Source: Chiloscyllium plagiosum (Eukaryota). From it: 64,000 nt of DNA. Under the pieces are notes generated by a model that did not search any database, was not told the DNA's origin, and was given only the letters and a program-made list of their open reading frames with translations. The translations under genes were made by a program, and so were the position numbers. Below are positions 26,485-39,267 of the stretch, piece by piece; the stretch's first letter is position 1; each line of letters starts with the position of its first letter. The stretch is taken from positions 43,656,280 to 43,720,279 of the forward strand of contig NC_057718.1 in NCBI RefSeq assembly GCF_004010195.1, read 5' to 3'.

Positions 26485-26822
26485 AAGGAGAAAGTGAGGA
26501 CTGCAGATGCTGGAGGTCAGAGTTGAGAGTATGGTGCTGGAAAAGCACAACAGGTCAGGCAGCATCTGAGGAACAGGAGAATCGACATTTCAAGCATTAG
26601 CTCTTCACCTGGAAAACATTCATTCCTGATGGAGGGCTTATGCCCGAAATGTCGATTTTCCTGCTCCTCGGATGGTACCTGACCTGCTGTGCTTTTCCAA
26701 CACCACACTCTCGACTCTGATCTCCAGTGTCAGCAGTCCTCACTTTCTCCTAGTTGATTTTAACCTTACTGCAAAGCCTTTTCCAAGGATGATTGCTTGA
26801 AGAAGTTCTCCTCCTTTCTGTA
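26485..26822. mobile_element. PLE terminal-repeat insertion in inverted arrangement, 9-bp TSD
   Basis: 26487-26610 is the inverse of ~26622-26750; TSD tgcctatag at 26476-26484 and 26823-26831; degenerate hammerhead motif ctgatggagggcttatgcccgaaatgtc. Confidence 0.85.
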
Positions 26823-27869
26823 TGCCTATAGCATTGCTAATTAAGACTTGTATCCTTTCTACACTTACATACATATGCATACATACTTAAGGTAAACAAT
26901 TAAGGCACAATAGCTTGCGGACAGAGGGGAAAATTTGGAAGAAATTTGCTCCCAGATACTATTATTGAGATTATCCTATGACTCTTCCACAGCTTCAGTC
27001 CTCTTTCTTCATTTGCTTCCACTGATTGGTAACAGACATAAGGTGGCTGGTTTATTTAGAAAAGGTCTGTGACTTATCAGTTAAAACTCACAACTGACAA
27101 CAATAGTTGAAGAATGATAAATTGGTTTCTCCAAGTTTATGGTGAGCTTTGACTGCACAGAACAGTGTAATTGCACCCAATCTATAAAGAACTGAACCCT
27201 TCTCTGTCTCTGTAACTTCTTCCCAACTTCAAGCTGTTCAGTTACCTAAGAACCAATCACTGGAAGGCAAAAAGATCCTTGTCATTGATAACTGGTCACT
27301 AGTCCATAGACCAATCAACTTCTTGTTGCCAGCACAATTTGCATCAGTGTACCCCCTCGTCTCTAAATCACCTGCAACTCAAACTGTAAATATTGCTTGA
27401 CCAAACAATTGTTTACATGATGCCACAATTGGTATCAGGTTACTTGCTTTCAAAACTCCAGGCACCCTTCAAATGCTGGTTTTTAAGACTTTTTTTTCTA
27501 ATACAGACCCAGTTTTTTAATATTGCATCTTAAAGGATACTGTTCATACATAGGCAAACTTTTGAAATATCATGTTAGTGATAGTAGTCTAAAGATCCTT
27601 TGTGCATCAGTGATTGATTAGCTCTTGGTTTAATTTATTTTAAAAAGTAAACCACATTGCAAGGTATGAAGCAGATATTACAGAGAATCTATTGATTTCT
27701 GTATGTGTATCCTATAGATCTAGTGCTGACTAATTACAGGCAGAGTGTCAACGTTTTATGTGCACAGCACATGGATTCCTTTATGGTTAACTCTCTGAAA
27801 GACAACATACACACACAACAGAAAATTTAACTATTTACAACAACAAGCCAGCCTCTGAATCTCCATAAT

Positions 27870-28842
27870 ATACAGGTATTCTGCTAATAGATCCTGATCT
27901 CATGATGGTGACTTTGACTGGAGGTATTGTTGATTTTCAGTTATCAGCGCTACTGTCTGTAATGCCTGTTTGTGTTGTCAAGTTTCTCTGTCTTGGACTG
28001 CAGTTGCTGAATTTGTTTAACCTGAAGCACTCCAGCCAAGTTTTGTGCTGCAGTAGCCACTGATTGATTTCATTTCTCAGGCTGTTTCAAATGGTTCAAA
28101 TCTTCTTGGCATTTACTGTTTTGCTCCATGAGTCTTTCAGCTCATTATGAAGCTTTTGCTTATGCACCCCAAATTTTTCTACTTCTCTCAAAATGTTAGC
28201 GCTCTGCTGATACAGTATTTTTCACCCTCATAACCTGCTCAAATAAATACCAGTCTCTTTCACTTCAACTCTTTTCATTCTTTTTGAAGCTTGGATCCCA
28301 CAGTAGTTGTTATTTTCCTCCATATCCTGCTTGAGTACTTTCACTGGAGCATGTTTGCTTTGAGCTTAAGCCAATCTTGCTGTAGTTGCTTCTGTTCTTG
28401 CTGAGTCTCTTCTGTTCCAAATGCAAGTTACTCCAAACCTTTCTGCAAACCAAAAATCTTTTGATGATGCAGAACTTGTGGCTCATCTTATTTCCTTCCT
28501 TTCTCTTCCAGTTCTTCATTCAGCTTTGTCAACTGAGTGGAAGTCTCACTTAAAGACATCATCTTCTGAGAGATAATATTCTGAAATTTAGATGTATCCT
28601 GAGCTAATTATTCAACTCTTTCCCTTTAAACTGCCATATTTCTTTTCATAGCAGAGATTTTATCTCCAATATTTCAGAAGGAAGTGAAGAGTTCCCTTTT
28701 ACTTTCCTATTTGCTTCTGCAAATGTTTCTAAAATAGTCTGATGCAGTTTCAACTGTGTCCCTGATGTTTGACTGATTCCAAAGATTTTTCCAGTGTGAA
28801 ATCATGGCATGCCAGTACTGCGTTGCTAGTTCAGCAATTTTT
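27870..28842 (-). pseudogene. Decayed intronless CLIP-170 (CLIP1/CLIP2)-like coiled-coil coding remnant, likely a retrocopy
   Basis: Minus-strand ERVE*LAQDTSKFQNIISQKMMSLSETSTQLTKLNEELEEKGRK*DEPQ aligns gaplessly to recalled human CLIP1 [49 protein letters not shown]. Further colinear blocks: LQKGLE*LAFGTEETQQE, LKQDMEENNNYC, KLHNEL, LMEQNSKCQEDLN. Multiple stops and frameshifts. Confidence 0.7.
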
Positions 28843-28844
28843 AC

Positions 28845-29682
28845 GATGATTTGGAGATGCCAGTGTTGGACTGAGCTCTACACAACACCAGGTTAGAGTC
28901 CAATAGGTTTGTTTGGAAGCACTAGCTTTTGGAGCGCTGCTCTTTCATCGGATGGTTGTGGAGTATAAGATTGTAAGACACAGAATTTATAGCAGAAGTT
29001 TACAGTGTGATGCAACTGAAATTATGTATTGAAAAAGACTTGGATTGTTTGTTAAGTCTCTCATCTTTTAGAATGACTATGTTGGTTTCAGTTCTTTCAC
29101 ATACAAATCCTAGAACTTTTTTTTAAAGTTACGTTCTCAAGTGAACTTTAACAAAGGTGCCAAGTTGGCTCAGATAATGCATTGACGGTGTGAGGTGTCC
29201 TGAGTGAGGCTGTCTGTGCCCCAATGTTCGGACAGATTCTATTTCTAAAAAAGAGATTCACAGAATTTTACCAGGATTCATGCAGTTTTTGAGCAAAACA
29301 AAATATAATTCTGCAAGTACAAATTCACCCCACAAACTTGTATGTGTCTGTGTGTGCATGGGGAGTGGGGGTTTATGAGTGTTTGTGAGAGAGTGTCTGT
29401 ATGTGTATGTGTGTGAGTATGAGTGTAAAGGGGTATAAGTCTGTGAAAGGATGTGTGTGTGTATGTATGTGTGTGTGTGTGTGTGTGTGTGTGGTCTCTC
29501 GTAGTGTGACAGGAACCCAAGTTCCCAGTTGAGGTCATCCCCATGGGTACCGAATTTGGCTATCAGCCTCTGCTTGGCCACTTTGCATTGTTGCCTGTTC
29601 CGAAGTCCGCCTCGGAGGATGGTCACCCGAATGTCAGAGGTTAAATGTCCTGGACTGCTGAAGTGTTCTCAGACTGTGAGGG
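28845..29682 (-). mobile_element. PLE 3' part (GIY-YIG C-terminus, (CA)n, terminal repeat with degenerate hammerhead)
   Basis: ORF 29258..29626 has TILRGGLRNRQQCKVAKQRLIAKFGTHGDDLNWELGFLSHY; minus-strand ccgatgaaagagcagcgctccaaaagcta at ~28923-28951. Confidence 0.8.
29340..29492. repeat. (TG)n microsatellite, imperfect
   Basis: Directly visible; pure run at ~29468-29492. Confidence 0.95.
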
Positions 29683-29689
29683 TTCATTC

Positions 29690-30330
29690 ACAAGTTGAGT
29701 GTTTTTGTGACTGCAAATGCTGCTCTACATTCAGATTTTTCCTTGCCAGAAAGATCCTCCTTGGCCGAGCCTAACTTCTTGAAGCATAGCATTGTCCATT
29801 TTTGAGCCTTGTAAGTTCCTTGTCAGCTGTCTTTTGTGAAGCATCAATACGCAGAAGATCATTTGTGAGGCCAGGGCACGTGGTCCTTATGTTCCAGTTT
29901 GTGATGCAAAAAACCAGTGTCTTTATATTTGTATCTTGGTGCATCTATTGACAAACCACCTTTTGAGAGATGACCATCTAAGCTTCAAGAACAAGATAGT
30001 AGTAGGCTGTGATCAGATAGGATCTAACTGATTAAGCACTGCTCAGATAGTAGCTATTCACAGACATGCAACAATCCCTTCCATAGGCACAAGTAACCCC
30101 TGACCATCATACTCTATGACAATGCTCTTCTGACATACTCACAAGGCAATGCAGCTATAGCTGGGAGTGTGGTTTTTGGGTACCAGAGTGTAACCAAAAG
30201 CCAATGGGCCCATACATGGTGCTTCTGGGAGCTACCCCTCCTCTGTGTGTTCTGTGATTTAGATTGCATCTCTGATATACTTGGTATGTGGATGTTGCCC
30301 CGGACGTGTACTATGTAGGACTTGCTGATG
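29690..30330 (-). mobile_element. RTE-clade LINE 5' end (APE N-terminus; UTR extent uncertain)
   Basis: Minus-strand ITNWNIRTTCPGLTNDLLRIDASQKTADKELTRLK/MDNAMLQEVRLGQGGSFWQGK..AFAV, typical of RTE/BovB-like endonuclease. Confidence 0.75.
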
Positions 30331-30391
30331 AATAGGCTGTTAAATAACAGGATAGGCTTCTGCAGTCAGCTCTCCTTTCTTCAGAGCTATA

Positions 30392-30650
30392 GTGGGAAGA
30401 CAATGGTGTTGTGATATCACTAGACTCACAATCCAGAGGCATAGGCTAATGCTGTGGGAAGATGGGTACAAATTGTGGAATTTGAATTACCACACTACAA
30501 AATTGAAAGCTAGTCATCATGGTGATCATGAAACTGTCATTGACTGTTGTGAAAAACCCTTAATATCCTTTACAAACAGAAATCTGCCATCCATACACAT
30601 AACTCCAAACCCAAAGCCATTTGCAGTGACTCTTAACTATCCTCTGAAAT
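30392..30650 (+). mobile_element. SINE/head of the tRNA-headed LINE family
   Basis: gatatcactagactcacaatccagagg..catgaaactgtcattgactgttgtgaaaaacc..gactcttaactatcctctgaaat. Confidence 0.7.
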
Positions 30651-30654
30651 CACA

Positions 30655-32240
30655 AAAGTGTTACAGTGTAGAAGCTGCATCAGCTTTTCAGATGAGAATC
30701 ATTACTTAGTGCCAAGTACCTGCTTTTCCGCATAACACTGCACATTATTTCTATCAATGATCATCCAATGTCTTCTTGAATATCTCAATTGACACTCTCT
30801 ACTGTGTTTCCAGGTAGTGCATTCCATATCTTAACTATTTGCTGTGTTAAAAGTTTTTTTTTTAAAATCACATTACATTTGTCCCTTTTGCAAATCACTT
30901 CAAATTTATGCCCTCTTGTCCTCCTTCCTTTTAAAGTGGAAACAGTTTCTCCCTGTCTCCTCCATCCAGCCATCCATGATTTGAAAACCTCTATCAAATC
31001 TCCTATCAGTCGTCTTGCCTCCAACGAGAACAGTCCCAACTTCTTCAATCTTTTTCTCTCAAGTGAGGTTTCTCAATCCTGGAACCATTCTTGAAAATCA
31101 CTTCTACACTCTCAAATGCATTTACATCCTGTGGCACATAGAACTGTGTACAACAATGCAGCTGAGGTCTAACAAATGTCTTGTACAAATTCAGCATCAC
31201 CTCCTGGCTCCTGTATTTCAAGTTGCTATTGATAAAGCTGAGGATACTGTATTCTTTAGTTATTCTCTCTCTACCTGGCCTGCCACTTTTAATCAACTGC
31301 ATGCATATACCCTCTGCTTCTGCGCCCTCTTTAGACTTGGAATTCCTATTTTATGTTGTGTTTCAATGTTCTTACCACAAAAAAAAGCATCACCTCCTGC
31401 TTCTCTAGATTGAAACTCATCTGTCACTTGTCTGCCAATTCCACCATTTTGTTTATGTACAGTCAAACTCACAATTTACAATTCTTCCAAGTTTTGAATT
31501 ATCTCCAAAGTTTGAAATTGTTCCTGATTCACCAGCATCTAGATTACTAATATCCATCAGGAAAAACAAGCGTTTCAATAACAACCCCTGAGAAACTCCA
31601 CTCCAAACCTTCTTGCAGCCTGAAAATATTCATTGACCATCATTCTTTGTTCCCCTGTGGGGATTCTATGATTCCTAACGTTCAGCTAATTTTGTCTTCA
31701 CATTGCTACTCTCCCTGTCATTCCATGGCCTATAATGTTCCTCACGAGTCTGCTGTGTGGCACTGTATCAAACACCTTCTAGAAGCCCATCTATACCACA
31801 GCATTGTCCTCATTGACCCTCTCTGTGACTTGTTCAAAAATGCCAGAAAGTTAGTCAAGCATGATTTTACCTTTAAAATCCATGTTGACTCTTTCTAATA
31901 AACCATCTTTTCTCCATATGACAATTAATTCTATCTGCTATAATTATTTCCAGAAGCTTTCCCACTACTGAAGTTAAACCAGCTGGTCTGTAATTGCTGG
32001 TCTTATCCTAACAACCTTACCTGAACAAGGCCATAATGTTTGAAATCCTCCAGTGAAAGGAACTTCTCCAAGTCTAGGGAAGACTGAAAGATGATAGTTG
32101 GTGCCCCTACAATTTCCACTGTCACTTCCTTCAATATCTTTGGATGTGTTTCATCTGGATCTGGTGTCTTGTCAATTTTAAGTATCACAGCCTGTCTAAC
32201 ACTTCTTCCTCATCAATTCTGAACCTTTCTGACAAGAGAG
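30655..32240 (-). mobile_element. CR1 ORF2 (RT) fragment
   Basis: ORFs 30785..31048 (LGLFSLEARRLIGDLIEVFK..TRGH..WNALP), 31045..31302 (LYKTFVRPQL) and 32003..32188 (KTPDPDETHPKILKE). Confidence 0.9.
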
Positions 32241-32361
32241 TTTCCTCATTCCAAATATACACCTAACTTTCAGTGATGCCTCAGTGGATATGAGACCAGA
32301 CAATATATGGAGAGATGCTTTTTCCTACGGATGGCAGGATAAAGCTGACTAAGAAAGCATT

Positions 32362-32656
32362 TGGGGCGGCACGGTGGCTCAGTGGTTAGCACTGCTGCTT
32401 CACAGCACCAGGGCTCTAAGTTCAAATCCAGCCTCGGGTGACTGTCTGTGTGGAGTTTGCACATTCTTCCTGTGTCTGCGTGGGTTTCCTCCGGGTGCTC
32501 TGGTTTCCTCCCACAGTTCAAAGATGTGCATGTTAAATTGCCCATAGTGTTAGGTGCATTAGTGAGAGAGAAATGGGTCTGGGTGGGTTACTCTTCAGAG
32601 GGTCGATGTGACTGGTTAGGCCGAAGGGCCTGTTTCCACACTGTAGGGAATCTAAT
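32362..32656 (+). mobile_element. HE1-type V-SINE, near full length
   Basis: tRNA head ggcacggtggctcagtggttagc, core gtctgtgtggagtttgcac..tttcctcccacag, CR1-like tail gggcctgtttccacactgtagggaatct. Confidence 0.92.
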
Positions 32657-33288
32657 GAATAAAGCAAGAAGGTGGGGTCAGAGGTTGGAGATAAGCAGAA
32701 TGGTTATGGTTCCACTCTTCTGGATGCTGTGCCAAAAGTGGTTTGATGACCTAATTGGGGCAGTAAAGTTGGTCTGAGTGGCAGATTCAATTATATTTTC
32801 ATATATGAATTATGCCAACCTTGCCACTCTGTTTGCTGAAGCACACAAATTGTTTCCCCAATTTACCTTGAGTGTGCAACCATCCCTCTGTCAGGACACT
32901 CCCTCACATCTCCAGCTACCTATAAACCACAGATATTCTTCCACGTTTTCACAGTGTCCAGGCTCCTCCTCAAAATCACATGAATGCTGATTGTCCATCT
33001 GTTCAATATATTCCATTAATCTCATTCATGAGTCTTCCCTGGAGAAAAGAAACCCAAGCATTAGGGCCTCCATCAACCTCATAAATAACATCTACTGAGA
33101 AGGTCGGCAGAGCTGGGCAAACCAGGCCATTGGAAGTGGAGCAAAAGGCAATGTCTGGCTATCTGGTGGCAGAATTAAATATCAAGCAGCCATATGACAC
33201 ACAATAATCACTCCTGTCAGTGAAATATGAAAATGTACGTAATGGTCAGCTTAAATATGCTTCAGCATTCCTAATTGAGGTCTTTAAA

Positions 33289-34533
33289 TATATAAGTGAG
33301 CTTGCTGAGCTTGAAGGTTTGTTTTCAGACCTTTCATCACCATACTCGGTAACATCATCAGTGGAGTCTCTGGTGAAGCGCTGGTGGTATGTCCTGCCTC
33401 TCTATTTGTAGGTCTTGGATTCTTAAGATGGGTGATGTCATTTCCAGTTCTTTTTTCAAAGGAAGGTAGATAGGCTCTAAATTGATGTGTTTATTAATGG
33501 AGTTCTGGTTAGAATGCCATGACTCTAGCAATATCCTGACAGACATAAAACTCACAAAAGAGGAGGAGAACGACAATAGACTCCCATTCCTAGATGTGAC
33601 AGTTGAACATACAGTTAATGGAGAGCTTCAAACCAGTGACTACAGAAAAACAACACACAAGGACCGAATACTTAACTTCAGAAGGAATCATCCCTACACG
33701 CACAAACAGAGCTGCATCAAGACAGTATTTCAATGAGCTACATCACACTGCAGCACCCAAGAACTACAAAACACAGAAGAAAAATATCTATACAACATTT
33801 TCAAGAAAAATGGATACCCAATAAACACATTCTGCTGATTCTTCAGAAACCAACCTAAACAAGTAGATACAATGCAGCCAAAAACTATAACCACATTACC
33901 TTGCATCAAAGACACATCCGAAATGACTTCCAGACTACCCCGACCCCTTGGCATCATGATAGCCCACAAACCTACCAACACACTCAAGCAGTGACGAATG
34001 AATCTAAAGGATGTAATAGATACCACCAGCAAAATTAATGTAATTTACAAGATACCATGCAAGAACTGTAAAAAACACTACATCAGACAAACTAGCAGGA
34101 AACTTGCCAACAGGACAGATGAACACCAACTGGCCATCAAAAGACACAAACTATCACTAGTTTCTATACATACAGACAAAGAAGGACACCACTTTGACTG
34201 GGACAACACACACATCCAAGGACAGGTGAAACAAATGCACGTATGAGAATTCTTAGAGGCACGACATTCTAACCAGAACTCCATCAATAAACACATCGAT
34301 TTAGACCCTATCTACCTTCCCTTGAAAAAAGAAACGGAAATGACATCACCCATGTAAAAAAAACAAAATCTATTAATAGAGAGGTGGGACATACCAACAG
34401 TGCTTCATCAGAGACTCTCACTGATGATGTTACTTAGTTTGGTGATTAAATATCTGAAAACAAACCTTCAAGCTCAGTGAGCTAACTTACATACTTATCA
34501 TCATGCTGAGCTGCAAATCTTCTCCAAAATCGC
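33289..34533 (+). mobile_element. Penelope/Poseidon-type PLE (RT C-terminus and GIY-YIG) with inverted 5' terminal repeat
   Basis: IKLTKEEENDNRLPFLDVTV and NVIYKIPCKNCKKHYIRQTSRKL..EH; 33290-33527 is an inverted copy of ~34250-34490; near-TSD tga(g/c)gtctttaaa at 33276-33288 and 34534-34546. Confidence 0.9.
33323..33364 (-). ncRNA. Minimal type I hammerhead ribozyme motif in PLE terminal repeat
   Basis: Minus strand CCA-CTGATGA-T-GTTACC-GAGTAT-GGTGAT-GAAA-G-GTC-TGA; degenerate sister copy at 34421-34457. Confidence 0.6.
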
Positions 34534-35849
34534 TGACGTCTTTAAAAGTATCTCATGGAAGGTGGTCTAGGAAACCAACAATGATTGCACAGACGAGGTC
34601 ACATATTCTGTGGGTGTGTTGTCACATGTGAACAATGCAACTGATACTCTCAGTTTTGTGGGACAAAGTAAAGACGATGGCATTCCACCTGGTGACTCAC
34701 AGATTGTCAGTGAAAAAGGACATACAGTAGAGATAAGGTTTCTAAGTTTAAGGATGCTGCAAATTTTGTTATGTTGAATTCGGAAGTGTTTTTCGGCATC
34801 ATGATCAAGTATTATACTACTACGGGAGCAAAGAATGTGCTGTGTACTGGTGGGATTTCCAACCATGTTGTGCACCCTCACAGCTATCAGAAGAATATGG
34901 CCCAAACCAGAATGACATGATGTTGTAGGCATTTGCAACTATGACTTTTGTGCATGAAAGGATTAGTCATTTGCACTGAACATTAAATGTAGCAATTATA
35001 GGAGTGCAAGAAGGCCCATATCAATGCATGCAAACTATGAATGCCACGTTAAAAAGAATTGCTGTAACCCTAGTTATTGCTCATTCACTGTAACACTGTT
35101 TTGCAGCAAAATGCTCTCCCTTCATTGTTACTCATCAGGTACAGGCAGCACATGGAAGGGACATACAAATGATGTCACAGTACCAAGTGTTCCTATCCTT
35201 TAAATGTTGCTCTCATTCCTCTCTCCCAATCAGTATCCCATATGCTGCTGAGTGTCCATATGGCTGAATGTACTGCAGCCCTGATGCAAGTGGAGCAGTC
35301 TTTGGCTCCAAACCTCAGATGGTATTATGTAAAAGCATCTCAACTGGAGCAGAGATGCAAAAAGACCTACTACTGGAGCCACAGGAGGTGCATCCTGTAA
35401 AATTGCTCAGAAGAGGAAGAATACAGACTTGTAGCTGTACAGGAGTATTCATTGGTTAATTTGCAAAATGTTAGATTGTTAACTTTTCTGTATCATTTTT
35501 GAGTCACATTAAATATTGGTTGCTTATGCCATTTTCCTGACTTCCTATTTTGATTGCTGCCTGACAAATTGTCTTTTCAATAGAGATAAATAATAAGGCA
35601 AAACTAACAATTGAACATTGGATAGTTGTAAGAAGGTTATTTGTTTGATTTTGGAACTACTTTGACCTGGGAGTGGGGAGGTAGGGACGAGGGGTTTGGC
35701 ATGTGGGATGCCTGTTCAAACTGAACAAACTGAACATTGTGAGGTCATCCTGGGCAGTAATGTAACCTACCAATGGTGTATTGTCCCTAGTCCATTTCTA
35801 TTCACGCTCTGACGATACATTGTACTCAGCACTTTGTTCCTCTGGAAGT

Positions 35850-36560
35850 CCAGACTTCAATGGTGTGCAGTGTTGTGCAGAACTCTGCAGCAATTCTGGA
35901 TTTCTTGTCTGCTGAATAGTGGAGGCCACTCAGCACTGTCAAGACTAAACACATCTTCCAAATGCCAAATGGTTTGCTCAATTACAAATATGTGTTTCAC
36001 TGTCATGGCCATAATCTCATTAACTGGGGCCTCAGAGATGATATCAGCTACGTTTTAAGTGAGTATCCATTTCCTCTAGGCAATCAATTGCTAAGTCTGC
36101 TTTTAGACATGAAGAAAATGGGGAAGGTAGACAGATTTGAAGCAAATCCATTCTGGAAGCTGACCTGACAGTCTTTCACACATCGAAAAATTGAATTGGG
36201 TGTATTAAGGTTATACAAGCCCTTGTGGATGATCTGTGGTGGGTGCGTGGAGTTGTTGCTTCAGTTGTTGATGTCAGCCTGTACCCTTGAGAAGCCAACT
36301 AGAGCTGTATACCTGAGTGCCCATTGATTCTGACTGGCATCATCCATAACAAAGTGTAAATCTTTGCCTGCTCTGGCAAACATGGAATAAGTCAGTAATT
36401 CATATATTTGTGGGAAGACAAATATGAAATTCGGAAAATGCCTGCAGCAGATGCCTGAAAAGATCAAGAGGTAAAGATATTGATAGTCATAGTACCTTTG
36501 AAAGCCAGTGGGCATGGGGTTTGTTTGGACACTGATATTCTTCCAGGAAGCTGCGTACAA
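35850..36560 (-). mobile_element. PIF/Harbinger transposase remnant
   Basis: Minus-strand fragments INIFTS*SFQASAAGIFRIS, MFARAG..LHFVMDDASQ..VGFSRVQ, GNGYSLKT*L, VIEQTI and VLHN, colinear with HARBI1-type DDE transposase motifs. Confidence 0.75.
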
Positions 36561-36988
36561 CTAGCACCACATAGATTGAGGTCCTGAACTTCCTGGGTTA
36601 ATCATTTTCTGACATTCCCTTTGTCTGTAAATCCTATATTAAGGTATCACTTCCAGTGATCTGCCTCAATTTGTTCATTTGTGCTGACATGTGGTGCAGA
36701 GGGACTGTGTGGAAATGGCAGCTTCTACTCATGCTGGCTTTGTCCTTGATGCTCCTTCTGATGCTGCTGCTGCTGCTGCTGTAAAGTCTGGGTGTTCAAT
36801 TTAATTTTACTCTTAAGACTTAAGTCAATTAAAATTAAAGACAGAGATGATATCAGTTCTGATAGATCATTCAGCCATGGCATGTTGCAAGACCACTCTG
36901 GGTATGATTATGTTTTCACAGGTTTCACAAAATGTATCATGTTTGGCACAGTAAGAACAAAGAAATGATGTTTCATAATGTAATGAAT

Positions 36989-37350
36989 GGGTAGCATGGT
37001 AGCTCAGTCGTTAGCACTGCTGTCTCATAGTGTCAGAGACCCAGGTTCAATTCCAGCCTCTCCCTGTGTCTGTGTGGGTTACCTCCCACAGTCCAAAATG
37101 TGCTAACTTGCCCCTTAGTGTTCTGGGATGTATGGATTAGCCATGGAAAATGTAGGGTTATAGTGATGGGGTGGGTCAAGATGGGCTGCTCTTTGGAGGG
37201 TTGGTATGGTCTGCTGTAGGTAAAAACAATGACTGCAGATGCTGGAAACCAGATTCTGGATTAGTGGTGCTGGAAGAGCACAGCAGTTCAGGCAGCATCC
37301 GAGGAGCAGTAAAATCAACGTTTCGGGCAAAAGCCCGTAGGGATTCTGAT
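36989..37350 (+). mobile_element. HE1-type V-SINE with a minus-strand PLE terminal-repeat fragment (37221-37336) in its tail
   Basis: tRNA head agcatggtagctcagtcgttagc; insert ends cgtttcgggcaaaagccc; gtagg duplicated at 37216-37220 and 37337-37341. Confidence 0.8.
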
Positions 37351-37724
37351 CTGTGAATTCAGTCAGGAGACTTTGGGACCAGCTGACTGAATGCTTGCCC
37401 ATTGTTCTGTTACCTGAAATTCTTCTGCTGTCCTCCCTTCTTATTGAATGCCACTAAGAGTTACTAATTTTTAACTATGGATGGTCCCTAAGCATGGTCA
37501 ATGGGATCCCTGAGCTACGATTGGCTGCTTAATGCATAAACAGCACACATTCAGTCTGAAACTAGCTAGGTAATGTATGCCCAATTTCTGATTGGTTTCT
37601 TAAGGCTGACAATCATCTTATAATACCGCTCGCTGTTATTTTCTGACTGATTCTGTCAGATGTCAGTCATTTAAAGGAGCATCCTTTTCATTGCAGTATT
37701 CCCCTATTAGTTTGTTTTATTATA

Positions 37725-38745
37725 TTCATTTGTTGGACATGGGCATCACTAGTTATGGTCCATTCCTAGTTACCCTTGAGAAGGTGATGGTGAATGGTTT
37801 CTTGAACCACTGCAGCACACATGCTGTGGGTTGACCCGCATTGCTGTTAGGGAAGAATTCTGGGAGTTTGGCCCAGTGATAATGAAGAGATTGCAATATG
37901 TTTCCAAGTCAGGATGGTGAGTGGCTTGGAAGGCAACTTGCATGTGGTGGTTCCCATGTATCTGCTACACTTCTAGATAGAAGCGGTCATGGGTTTGGAA
38001 GGTGCTGTCTAAGGATCTTTGATGAATTTCTGTTGTGCCTCTTGTAGACAGTACACACCATTCCTATGAGTGTTGGTGGTGGAAGGAGTGGATGTTTTGA
38101 ATGTGATGCTAGTTAATTGGGCTGCATTGTCATGGATGGTTTCAAGCTTCTTGAGTGTTGTAAGAGGTGCACCGGTCCAGGCAAGTGGGGAATATGCCAT
38201 CTTGAGTTATGCCTTTGGATGATGGACAGGCTTTGGGGAGTTAGGAGGTAAGTTACTCATCATAGTGCTCCTAGCCGCTGACCTGCCCTTGTAGCTACTG
38301 TGACTATGAGCTGAGTCCAGTTGAGTTTCTGTCAATGGTAATCCTAAGGATGTCGATAAAGGGTCATTAAGAGATGGTAACACCACTGAATGTCAAGAGG
38401 TGGTGGTTAGATTGTTTCTTATTAGCGTTGGTCAATGCCTGGCATTTGTGTGGCCCAAATGTTACTTGGCACTTGTTAGCCCAAGATATTGTCAAGATCT
38501 TGTTGCATTTGAGCACAGACTGCTTCAACATCTGAGGAGTTGTGAATGGTGCTGAGCATTGTGCAAGTTTCTGCTAACATCCCCATTTCTGATCTTATGA
38601 TAGAGGGAAGGTCTTGATGAAGCAGTCTAAGATGTTTGGGCTGAGGACACTAACCTGGGAAACTCCTGTGGAGATATCCTGGAGCTGAGATAACTGTCCT
38701 CTAATGGGCTATGACTCAAGTATGACTCAAACCAGCAGAGAGTTT
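37725..38745 (-). mobile_element. tRNA-headed LINE family, RT 3' fragment
   Basis: ORF 38009..38200 (YSPLAWTGAPLTTLKKLETIH); 3' tail homologous to those at 39225 and 43785. Confidence 0.75.
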
Positions 38746-39267
38746 AGAGTTAATTCTATATCGTTCTCTTAAAATAATCAGACATCACAAGGTCATTAGT
38801 GGCTGCTTAGAGGATATATTGTGTCAGGCCCTAATGATTAATATCATTCCGAATGTCTAATTGATACATCTAAGAGTTCTAGAGAGTATGAGAGCCTGTG
38901 AATATATTTTAGTCAAAGGGACCACAATTAAACAGAATATAATTTTAAGATCTAACTTGTGTGATGATCATAATTAAACTAAAACTAATTGTTGAAAAAT
39001 AAACTTAATCCGACAATGCTGTTGGCCATTCTAGTCCTCAACTGAGATCCAAGCTACTATTGCAAAAGTAGTACCCATGCTGGTCTGATATATCACAGAG
39101 GGAAAGTAAAAATTAGAGATACAAACACTAAAACAATGAAAACAACCTTTAAAGTAATGAAACTCACCTCCAACATGGTGAAGGTAATCTGCAAATTAGT
39201 CAAAATGCTCAGATCAATTTAGATTATTCATTTATGGGATGTAGGTATTGCTGACTAGACCAAGAAT

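Noticed and set aside
26314..27549. Possible solo LTR (TGT..ACA) hosting the 26485 PLE
   Set aside because: No TSD or second copy visible to support the boundaries.
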